Source: Styela clava
Taxonomy: Eukaryota
Assembly: GCF_964204865.1 (NCBI RefSeq)
Contig: NC_135263.1
Coordinates: 15,934,001-15,998,000, forward strand
Reading direction: 5' to 3'
DNA length: 64,000 nucleotides
Every line of letters begins with the position of its first letter. Position 1 is the first letter of the stretch. Positions 12,843 through 23,791 of the stretch are shown piece after piece. Made by a program: the position numbers and the translations under genes. The notes under the pieces are model-generated. The model made no database searches. It saw only the letters and a list, made by a program, of their open reading frames with translations, and was not told where the DNA came from.

Positions 12843-14055
12843 TATTAGTGATGAATCAATTTCAAATTATCGATCCACTACAACTAAAATTAAAAATCAA
12901 ATTAAAAAATTTGATTAAACTTGAGGAATAGTTGATAAGAAATGTCCGGATGGGTCGATCATTAACTTCAATTTGGGGTCTTTTGTACCATAACTCTAAC
13001 TTCTTGATTTATCTCTTCCTGTTCGTTTCAATAAATGGCAATGAAAGTTCTGTACTGCCTTCCTTTTAATTGGGTCCGTCCGAACCTGTTATGTTAAAGT
13101 TGCTATAAAGCAAGTAGCCCATGTGTCCCTCCTCGCCTCGCATAATACATATTGCAGCTTGAAAATATGCAATTGAATGAATTACGTGATGGTAACATTG
13201 TTCTTGATATTAAACTAAAACTAACAAATGATATTTTAAAATAAATCGCAGCAAACTCTGGATATTCTGATGGGTTTTGCCTGTGAAAAATAATCTTCCG
13301 AGAAACACCACTTTCACCACGGGCATACCAAGCACTACTTCACAAGCATGCAATACACAATCAAATGCAGTGAAGACAGAACGAAAATTTCCTATACGAT
13401 TTCGCCTAAATTGATCTCACTGTAATCTTTGACGTGTTTCACATAGACACACTTGGAGGTATTTGATTGACAGTATAAACAAAATTTCTGTTTCTGAGGA
13501 ATTGATTTATTACAGAGCTTTCTGTAGAACTCTAAAGAACATGCAAAACAAAGCGTCTTTAAAAATCCGTGGCCCGAAGATGAGACAAGGAAATCACTGA
13601 TATAAGAAGAGCTTCATCATGAGTGGGTATAATATAAGACATAGCTGCAACGATACTTACCGTGTCCGCACTCCGCAGCGAAGCCATCAGTTCAAACCTG
13701 AACTCAAGTCTCATCTTTTATTTTATTCAGAAATGCGCATCTGGATGTTGCTGTGAGTTTCACGCAGTTGAATACTTTACAGTCTAAATATAAACATTTA
13801 AAATTGCAAAATCCTAAGGTTTTACCCAGCGGTTCAGTAGTTCTCACATTCTACGTTTCACTATGAGTGTGGTCTGCGAATAGACCAGGGGCGAAACGTT
13901 GAATAGAGTGAGATTCATATTATTTATCCCGGGCGAGAGGAAAGCCGATAGGACAACATTATCATATGGCGAACCGCGGCTCCTTATCCAATTACCAAGA
14001 TTGTATTTTCCGCTAAAAGGCAATTACATTCATTTATTTCTAAACTCCAAGAATC

Positions 14056-14194
14056 TGTTAAATTTGTTATATTTCTGTCAACTAGCTTTTCCCAGTTGAA
14101 TGAGCATGACTTCTGCTGTCATCAGTTACAGGTGACAGATCATGACCAACCAGCTGTGAAGGTGAAGTGGCCATGTGCTCTCAATAGTCTGGTG
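14056..14194 (+). repeat. 5' LTR (truncated) of Copia A, displaced by the inversion
   Basis: Starts TGTTAA and is the inverted homolog of 487-617. Immediately followed by the LINE 5' end. Confidence 0.72.
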
Positions 14195-14940
14195 GTGTGG
14201 TGTCGGGTGGGGAACACAGGTCAGACATACAAAATAAGATGAGAGATGCCGAAGTAAATGATAAAAGTAGATTGACAGAAATTAGATGAAATCTTGTAAC
14301 AAAAAACACAATCGTTGTTAAATTTGAAAAAAAAGGCAAAATGGGTGCCTAGAAAAGACGTCGTCGACAAATTTGGTCAAAAAATAGGCAAATCTAATAC
14401 AGCAAGTGTCTATAACGAAGGAGAAAAGTATGGATTGTGACAATACACAAAGAAAATCATTTTACAATTTTATTTTAAAGGAAGGAATTCCGTACCAATT
14501 TCAAAATAAAGATTTCATAACCTATCCAATGATATATAGGAATGATGTGACTAAAGTTCAGATGAATAAAACACCTCATCATTTATTGCAAGTGGATATC
14601 GCAGAAATGCTCCAAACATATGGAGATTATTTGAATATCCAAAGCATCTTCAATGAAGACAAAATAGCAACTGGTACAAGATTAATTCAAATTATTTATA
14701 AAAAACATCTACTAGTAATAATCAATATTTCATGGTATATGGTCAAATACAAATGGCATATAAAGTGGGCAAGGAAATTGAAAATCATCAAGTAATACGC
14801 AAGTGCGCAATAAACGTATATTGTGTGGGAATTGTGCCATACAGAAGCTTAACAAAAAAAGAAAATAGATATTTATCAAATTAATAATATCATTAAACTG
14901 ATTGCAAAACAACTTGACATCTAAGTTGACATAGACTTAC
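14195..14940 (+). mobile_element. L1/Tx1-like LINE ORF1 remnant (RRM-like region followed by SGNH esterase fragment), part 1
   Basis: ORF 14406-14795 (TKVQMNKTPHHLLQVDIAEMLQTYGD...IATGTRLIQI) resembles L1/Tx1 ORF1. Bases 14813-14940 read NVYCVGIVPYR...INNIIKLIAKQLDI*VDIDL, continuing after Gypsy C. Confidence 0.6.
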
Positions 14941-16060
14941 TGTGGTGATTTATGTCTCGAAATCTAGCAACACCTAAAACAGCAACGACATTTGACCCTG
15001 CTGACGTATACTGTTCGTCCTTTAATAGCATGGTGTTTTGATTTGAAAGTCAGTCTTTGGTTTGTGCTGCTTTAAGACTCTTAGTCGACGTTTGAGCTAA
15101 TGAAAGCCTATTAATTGTTTCTTTCTGTATTAGGTTCACCACAATTTTATTAGCTCAAAACTTGAACTTGAAACGAATAACTGGTTTTCCGGAAGCAATG
15201 GCATCTTCCGACGAAAAACCTATTCGGGTGCGAGTGCTTAATGTCTTGGAGCTCTAAAAGTATTTTCCCATTGGGACAGGATGCTTACAAATTACTTAAC
15301 AGCTGTAGAATCCAACAGGTCCACGGAAAGTGTTTCAAGGTGGACATTTATCACCTGACGTGTTTTCCTTTGTGGAAGATGTGTATGTGTATGATGAAGC
15401 TATGGTGATTTTGCGCAAAGATTATCATAAAATAAAGAATATCATATATGCAAGACACACGCTGGCTACACGAGATCAGTTGAGCAGTGCCGAGCAACAC
15501 AGAGAGGAGGCGCTAAGACAGGGGTCACCAACGCGTTGCCCGCGGGCACCAAGTCGCCCGCAAAGACCACATGAGTCGCCCACATGTCTGTTCCAAAATA
15601 AGCATAACAACGGCGCTTATAAGTAAGCTACATCAATTAATATTTCACATCTTGTCACTATTCATTGGTCAGCGCAGTAAGGGCAGAAAAAGCTCGCCTT
15701 TCAAATCAAACAGAAATTACATTTTACCAGACCAGTGTTTGGTTCAAGCTATCTTTGTGAATCAACATTTTTTGACATGAAATTCACCAGGAACTAAACA
15801 CGAAACACGCCTCACTGCTAATGAAAATCTGCAAGACTCGCTCAGAGTTACAGTGTCAAGTTACACGCCGGAGTATAACACACTGGTGGAGAAGCATTAG
15901 ACCAAATTTGTTTGATTTTAGTTTTCTCCATGTTGAAAACAAGATATTCATAATTAGTTAAATGTGTTTCAACATTTAACAGTACAACTGTTAAGTTCAT
16001 TTTTATCTTAGGCTTATGTAGAGTGTTCGTAAAAACGCAGGTACATTGTGAACCTGTGGT

Positions 16061-19000
16061 TAGGGATGTAAGTTTCGAATATTTTTTTTTTCGAATCGAA
16101 TACCGAATATTTTTTTTTCGAATCGAATATTTCCGAATCGATTCTGATTAATACAACATCACTTTTTCTTTGACTTTATTCAACACACACAAGGTTATTT
16201 TTCAGTAAACACGCATATTAATACATGCACGCATAATAATGTTCAATTGAGGTGAACAATAAACTAGCAATCATTCACTGCTGCATCAAACTTCGGTTGC
16301 AGTGCAAGAAGTTTAACTCATTTACGTGTGTACCACTGAGTCTGGTTCTTAATCTGGAAACTGTCAAACCAGCAGAAGAGAAGGCTCTCTCCGCTGGTGC
16401 TGACGTACACGGTATGGCCAAGTACCGAATGGCCACTTTGTGTAGGGATGGAGAATCAGTTTTTCGGGCATGCCACCACAATAATGGGTTTAACCGCTCT
16501 GTATTTCTGTCCAATTTCTCTTTCAAGTACTGTGAAATTTCCTCCGACACTTTAGATGCATATCCTTCCGATTCAGACGAGCTTGACTGTTCAATTCCTA
16601 TCGAAAAGAGTCCTTGGAGAGAATTTTGTTCCACCTCTGGAGCAGTAACCGCAGAAGGTTCAACGTGTATTTCATCTTGTATTTCTGGCATTGAAGCTTC
16701 AGTGGCTTCCATTTCTAGAGAAACTCTGACCTTGAAACAAAAAAAAAAAAATATTATATGGGTTTGTACAAGTCTATAAATGATATGAAAGGGATAATGT
16801 TAGTTGAACCACTTGTATAACTCACACAATGAACAACAGAATCCAGAATACTACCAACACATGTAAAAGAAAAAATCACAGTTGCAAATTAGGAACATCA
16901 CAGCCTATGCGTTTGAAAGAGTAATTTTGACCTGACTTCACAAATTTAAGAAATACAATGGTATACCAGATTTTAAGTGAATATTACCTGGACTCTGAAA
17001 GAACGATCAAAAAATTTCCCTTTATGACAAGGATGGAGCCATGTTGCTTTTTGGAACAAGTTGACCTCTTCTTGACTGGGTATTTCCAGTATAGAACGAA
17101 ATCGAAGTTTGAGAGAATTTATGAGAGTGTTGCAAAATTCATTCGTAATAGCTGATAGTGTCCCACCCTCATTTCTCTTTTCCTCACAATGGCCCAACAG
17201 CCCTTTTGTGAGAGGAATCAAAGAGGAAACTGTTACATAGTCACCTTCAAGATGGTCAGAGGCAGCCTGTCAAAATATGAAACAAATAATTTTATTTCAT
17301 ACATATATGTGCTAACAAATATCAAGAGATATGCAAAGTAATTTACACTACCTTGAAGGGTTCTAAAATCTCTGCTAGCACTGTAAGCATATTCCATGTT
17401 GTTTCACCTAATTCCAGGTGACTTGCTGCTGTTCTAGGAGTAATTGTTGGGTCACATAATACAGATCGAATAGTCCATTGATGAGAGATCAAATTTTTTA
17501 TCATAACATAAGTGGAATTCCATCTTGTAGATACGTCGATTGGCATTTCTATTGAAGGAGATGTGCCATCCTGAGCATGTCGATGTCTTAAAGTTGTCAT
17601 AGCTTTCGTTGATCGGCGAAAGTACTGCACCAAATGACGAGCTCCAGCTGCAAAAACGAAGAAATTATTGCACTTAACAATACAAATGCTTACAATGAAA
17701 TAATAACCTATGCAGATTAAAAAATATGCATTTTTTCTCTCATAAATTAGGTTTTTACAAAGACAAGTAATTTTAGTTAATAAACCTTTTCAACATAAAT
17801 TAAAATCACCTAATGCATGAGATATTTCTTCAATTTTTAAGCCATCTTTGATGCAGAGCTGAATCGTATGTGCAGCGCATCTAATATGGTACCAACCATA
17901 TTCTTCGTAAAGTGAACGACAAGCTGACACCACATTTGCTCCATTATCTGTTGTCACTGAGAGCACCTTTGTCGGGCTGATATCAAACTCACTCAATGAT
18001 TTTAAAATTTCTGATTTTATATTTTCTGCCGTTTGAGCCTCATCCATCTGTTCTGTTGTCAATACATACTTGAGTAATTGACCATCGCTCGGATCTACGA
18101 AATGGGCAGTGACAGTTATATATGCTTGCATTCTTGCACTGGTCCACATGTCTGTGGTAAGTGAGACAGATTTTTCTTTTATGGCCCCTATTATGTTAAT
18201 AAGCTTTTCTTTACATTCTTTATACCTCCTTTCAATATGTTTAGTTACAGTGTTACGCCCGGGTAATACATAGCCTGGCTGTAAGTGATGTATCAGTGAA
18301 CGAAAATGCTGTCCCTCAACAAGGTTTATTGGCCGGAGGTCTCCAACAATAACTTCAGTTATCAATCTATCTATTGTCTCACACTGACCCTTAGTTATTG
18401 GCTTGAAATAGGCAGTCAAGCTGCTTTGCTGAACTGAAGAAGTTCTGGAATTAAAATAACAACAGGTTAACCTCATCTCAAGACTGCAAGAGGACTTGTT
18501 GAATAAAGTCCACTATCCAGACTATCTGACTACAGGACTATGTTTCACCAAAAACTACAGACAGGTAGAACTACTGACAGACTGAACTAACAGAAATTCA
18601 TAGCATGTAGCGGCTTAAGCGGACGAAAATTAGAAAACAAAAAGATAAATATACGGGTGTACAGGATAAATATGTAAATCGTATCCTAAGCTATTGACTT
18701 ACCCAGCATGAACAATGTTTCGGGGAGCAAAGGTGTCCTCACATGTAGGCCTATCCTTCACGTCCTTAGGCCGGATAGGGCTTGAAATGCCAGTTGAGGC
18801 GGTCACAAACGTATGCTTCCTCCGTAAATGGTTTAGCAAGTTTCCGGTAGTGTTTTGATACACAAATTTTTCCTTGCAAACAGAGCACAAGGTGTAAAAT
18901 GTGCCATTTTCCTCCAGCGGCGTACAGAAATAATTCCACACAACAGACGTCGGCCGCCTACCCTGTTTTCTGATACCGGGTTTCGACTTCTTATTGATGT

Positions 19001-19364
19001 TTTGCATCTATCAGTTTATGAAATACACGTTTGAAACATACGATGGCATTACAAATGCACGAAGCGACTAAAATAAACGTGCGGAGCTCGCTCGCAGCCA
19101 CAATAAACATGTCTAAACCAGTCACTTTGGTCTAAACTTGTCCCGGCGACATAGATAAATAGTCGATAAGGCGCAATTTTAACAATTAATCGATTTTATT
19201 CGCTGGCCAACGTGACGTTAGTCTTACGACGCGGAGAATGCATTGTTTCAATTGATTTTTTTTTAATCAGAATCACGGCTCTTTTTTGAAAATTGCTTCG
19301 AATCGATTCGAATCAGATTTGATTCGAATCGATTCGATTCGAAATTCTGAAACTTACATCCCTA
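16061..19364 (-). mobile_element. Autonomous-type hAT (Ac family) DNA transposon, 3304 bp
   Basis: Perfect 16 bp TIR TAGGGATGTAAGTTTC. Perfect 8 bp TSD CCTGTGGT (16053-16060, 19365-19372). Subterminal TTCGAATCGAAT repeats at both ends. Confidence 0.95.
16275..19007 (-). CDS. hAT transposase with BED zinc finger (ZBED1/Ac-like), 5 exons, 656 aa, apparently intact
   Basis: Exons 19007-18703, 18444-17810, 17647-17352, 17266-16988 and 16730-16275 total 1971 nt, all GT-AG with compatible phases 2,1,0,0. Motifs: BED finger (VWNYF..CSVC..HLRRKH), TTDMW, TTDNGAN, CAAH, TRWNS, SAPAERAFS. Confidence 0.92.
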
Positions 19365-22300
19365 CCTGTGGTGTGGTTTCCGAGGATATTATTATAGTGA
19401 TCATTTTGAATAACGATCAGTTTGAAAATGGAAGTTCTATGGATAGTGATTAATTTGCTACGTTGTGATAATCGTTTGATTTCCTGAAGAATTCTAAGGT
19501 TTATCCGTGTTTTTACTTGAGTGAATAGCAGTAATTATCAATAATTGAAGCTTGATCGAGCAAATTGACTTTTTTGGAAGTTTGCATTGAACTGGTAGCC
19601 CTCGGCTCAATCTGTACCCAGAAAGTAGCCCTCGGCTTCGAAAAGGTTGGTGACCCCTGCGCTAAGAGATGCGCTTGTAACAGGGCCATGTTTCGCTAAT
19701 ATTCAACGAAGATTGCTAGAATATGACAAATTATCACTGGGAAAGGCTATTCAAATTGCTGATTCTTTGGAACGAGCCGAGAAATTCTGGCATCCGTACC
19801 GGCAATCATTGCCTCGTCAAGCAGCCGTTACTTCAATGAATGATCAATTGTCGGTAAACATGGAAGACCAATTTTCTGAGTTTAGCTCTGATAGTGACCA
19901 ACACGTAGCTGCTGCAAGAAGTACTTACGGAACAAATGTTAACCGTAGAAGGGGTTATTTTTGCGGACGAATTCATGCTTTAAATCGACTGAAGTGCCCT
20001 GCTAGGAACGCAGAGTGTTTTAATTGTGGCTTTCGAGGACATTTTGTAAAGGTTTGCCGTAAAGCGAAGAAATCGGTTGCTACCGTAAACGATTCGCACC
20101 TGACTTCAATTATGGATGGTATTCATACTTCGTTGTCACGATTGACGATTACTGCTAAAATTGCGGAAAACCTTCTGATGGCTCTATTGGACTCCGGCGC
20201 TTCACAGAGTTACATAAAGGCATCCGTGGCAAGAAGTCTTGGCCTCACCCTCTACGGTCCAAAAACTGTAGTTGCACTTGCTTCGAACAAATCAGTTGCA
20301 CAAACGATTGGGTTTGTAGACGCACCTCTAAAGATTTGAACGAGAGTTAATGGTGCAATGAAGTTTTATGTTGTGGAAAATCTGTGTATGAACATCATAC
20401 TGGGCCAAGATTTTTTGAGCAAACATCGAAAAGTTGTCTTCAAATTCAACGGAGACCTCGACTCCTTGTACGTTGGTAAAGAGTTCTGAAATTTGGCTAG
20501 CGCAAAAGTAAGTTGACTTTTATGTATTTTTCGATCTGTTGACGATAACTGTAAGCCCATTGCTGTCAGGTTCAGAAACTACAGTTCCGATGATCTAAAG
20601 TTCATTAAAGATGAGATTGCTAGTTTGTTGCTGGAAGGCATTATAGAACGGTCAGAGTCGCTGTGGCGCGCTCGAATATTGGTCACAAAAAAATCAAAGA
20701 ACGTCATGTTATTGACTATTCACAAACAATAAATAGATACACTGCTCTTGACGCGTATCCCTTACCTCGCATAAACAATATATTTAACGAGGTTGCTAAA
20801 GAAAAGATATACAGTAGGCCCACCATTGATTTACAAATTCCTATTTCTAACGTTGACAGACCTTACACTGAGTTCGAAGCTGCTGGCCCTTGCTTACTTA
20901 GATACCGCCACAATTTTTGGGGATGATCAACAACAACATGATAAACGATTAAAAGCTTTTATGAAGGCTGCGGAGCGGCAAGGTTTGACATAAAACAAAA
21001 ATAAGTCTGTATTTTCAGTGACTGAACTGAAATTCCTTGAGCATCTGATATCCCATGGCAAAATTTGGCCAGATCCTGATCATTTACAACCTCTTATTAA
21101 TCTTGAACCCCCTAAAAATGGAATTAATTTGAACCGTTGCTTGGGATTATTTGCCTACTATTCGAAATGGATATCTAAATTTTCTGAAAAATTAAAGCCA
21201 CTTTCATCAACTAACACATCGTTTCCCTTCAAAGGCAAAGCTTTATCTTCTTTAGATCAATTGAAAGCTGATATGTTAAAAGCGTGCTTGGGGTGCATAT
21301 ATGAAGATGAACCGTTTGTTATTGAGTTTGATACGTCCAAATTTGCGATTGCCGCCATTTTGAACCAAAAAGGGAGGCCGGTCGCCTTTAACTCTAGAAC
21401 ACTCGGTAAGTCGGAATTAAGGCATCCGGCCGTAGAAAAAGAAGCGGCGGCGGTTGTTGAAGCTGTGAGAAAATGGGAATATCCTTTGCATGGGAAAAAG
21501 TTTAAACTGGTAACTGATCAAAAAGCTTTGGCATACATTTTTCGGAAAAAATCATGAAAGTTAAATTAAAAATACGAAGTTACAATTGTGGAAACTAGAA
21601 CTTTCTGTATTTGACTACGAAATTGTCCATTGCCCGGGTGTGGGAAATGTGGCACCAGACGCATTGTCAAGAATTTGTGCTAGCAACACTTGTTGCACCA
21701 CGAGTCTTAGAGAAGTTCATACTCAATTGGGTCATTCTGGTGTTCGTCGATTACTTCATTTCATACGGTCTATGAGGGAATGCGCTAATTGTCGACAATG
21801 TGTCCCAATAAAACCTAACTTTCATAGATTCAATGGGAGCCATCACTCGGTCAAAGCTACTCGGCCGTGCGAGAGAATTAGTATTAATTTTAAAGGTCCC
21901 GTCAGGGGGAAAAGGCGATATTTACTCGTGGTTTTGGACGAGTATAGTAGATTCCCTTTTGTATACGCATGTGCGGACATGACTGCAATCACTGTCACTA
22001 AATGTCTCGCATCATTATTTTCATTGGTTGGTTTACCGGGGTATGTTCACAGCGACAGAGGAACTTTCTTCTTGGATAATGAACCGAGACAGTTTCTTGC
22101 AAGAAAGGGTGTAGCGACTAGCAACGCAATTTCTTATCACCCGAAAGGGAATTCCCAATGCGAAAGAGCAAACCAGACCATATAGAAAACTATTAAATTA
22201 ATGCTGTTATCAAGGAATCTGCCCTGTAGTGCTTGGGAGGAAGTTCTGCCAGACGCTCTACATGCGACAAGATCACTTCTTTGCACCCCCACTGGTACTA

Positions 22301-23089
22301 CGCCACATAATCGCATGTTCAATTTTGGAAGACGATCTATGCTTGGAAACTACGTACCAGACTGGCTATTGAATGGTGGTAAAGTACTTCTACGCAATTT
22401 TGTACGGGCGAAAAGCGACCCAATTTGTCAATAAGTTGAGCTTCATTAAGCCAACACCAAGTACTCGTTAATCCGCTATCCCGATGGTCGAGAATCCACG
22501 GTTTCAACGAGTGATCTGGTGCGATTCCCTGAAACTGTACAATCTGACTACAAGCAATTGGAACTTGAAAAGATTAAACCCTTATCGAAATCAACTCCCA
22601 AGAATATGTCATTCAGTTTTGAGAATCCCGTCTCGAAGAATGATGAGATGACATAAACCCTTCTGATGACATAGTTAAAATAGCAGATAAACTTCTACTC
22701 CAATTAAGAAGGAAGAGATGCGTATTCGTCGGTCGAGTCGTTTCAAAAGAGCACCTGGTCGTTATGGAGACTGGGCCTTGTAATTGGGCGACTTTCGAAT
22801 TCCTTTGTTTCAGGTCAACATTTCCATACTTGAGTTCTTATTATACTTTTATTGTCTTACTTTTATCAGCGGGAGGGAATGTGGTGATTTATGTCTTGAA
22901 ATCTAGCAACACCTAAAACAGCCACGACATTTGACCCTGCTGACGTATACTGTTCGTCCTTTAATAGGTGTTTTGATTTGAAAGTCATTCTTTGGTTAGT
23001 GCTGCTTTAAGACTCTTGGCCGACGTTTGAGCTAATAAAAGCCTAGTATACAATTTTGTTTTTTTCTGTATTAGGTTCACCACACTTAC

Positions 23090-23791
23090 CAAAGAAATTC
23101 CGGTAAAACAACGACTCACTTCATGAGGAAGATGGTGCCCACTTAAATCGAGAAAGGGCAAAAGTTCTGGTAGGTAAATTAGTGAGAGTTATTATCGAAA
23201 CTTCCCGAGTCATTATCGAAAAATACCAAAAGTGAAGGACATATGAAAAAGGATCAGACTTTGTACGGTTCGTCATCTATCTAATACTGTTTTCTTGTGT
23301 TACATTAGCAGTATAGATGACTCTGATTATGTTTACTTATCGATCTCGATCGGTAAGTATGTTGATTTGTCTGTTATACACTTTCGTATGTAACGCGATA
23401 TCTCACGGAAGCGAGGTTGAATCTGCGAGATATGATGAATGTGCATTCATCATATCTCGGTCCAGAAGCATCTTTATTTCGGACTAATTATGCCGTATAA
23501 TTAGCGAGTTATTAATTAGTTAGTGATGGGACATGCGGTGTCGCCATTAAGTCTCGAAACCGCAGTTTCTGTTTCAGGGGATCCCCTACCTTTCGTCACT
23601 GCAAACGATTGTGTGCGTAACAATGCCCTGTCTGCGAGGTGGAGCGTTTACATGTGAAAGATCGATAAGTCGGCGGTCTCCGATCGCTATCTAGTTTTGA
23701 TTTTTGTAATGAAAGATTAATATATAGTATAGGATTTAATACTAAGTGATCATTAGTGTAGTTTACTTGGAACAAAATGGGAATGGCAAAC
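23090..23791 (+). mobile_element. L1/Tx1-like LINE, part 2: ORF1 esterase end, spacer and ORF2 start
   Basis: DLPKKFR*NNDSLHEEDGAHLNRERAKVLVGKL (SGNH block V, DGxH) continues from 14940 across the TSD. ATG GGA ATG GCA AAC at 23777-23791. Confidence 0.6.
23333..23696 (+). mobile_element. Helentron-associated (DINE-1/HINE-like) element
   Basis: TTACTTATCGATC...GATCGATAAGT, degenerate 3' hairpin, ends CTAGTT. Homologous to 11229-11501 and 55548-56459. Confidence 0.7.

Larger units (their letters stand above)
15519..19659 (+). mobile_element. Non-autonomous hAT (Buster/Charlie-SPIN type) deletion derivative inserted in Gypsy C gag
   Basis: TIR CAGGGGTCACCAAC / GTTGGTGACCCCTG. 8 bp TSD CGCTAAGA (15511-15518, 19660-19667) with central TA. 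Transposase C-terminal remnant KHETRLTANENLQDSLRVTVSSYTPEYNTLVEK at ~15797-15900. Confidence 0.9.
14941..23084 (+). mobile_element. Full-span degenerate Ty3/Gypsy element C (Cigr-1-like) with both LTRs
   Basis: LTRs 14941-15143 and 22880-23084 (TGTGGTG...CACCACA). 5 bp TSD CTTAC (14936-14940, 23085-23089). PPT AGCGGGAGGGAA. Gag knuckle CFNCGFRGHFVKVC, protease LLDSGA, RT VIDYSQTINRYTALDAYPLPRI, RNase H, integrase VLDEYSRFP/HSDRG/GNSQCERAN. Frameshifts and stops throughout. Confidence 0.95.

Noticed and set aside
12985-13720. Exon-like minus-strand segments upstream of the lipocalin ATG (donor GTAAGT near 13656-13661)
   Set aside because: No open spliced frame or recognisable domain. They could be 5' UTR exons but this is unsupported.
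13860-13910. CTATGAG...hairpin...GAAACGTT hammerhead-like motif next to a possible SINE
   Set aside because: The core lacks CTGANGA and the repeat identity cannot be supported from a single copy.
16252-16779. 175 aa plus-strand ORF
   Set aside because: Antisense shadow of the last hAT transposase exon.
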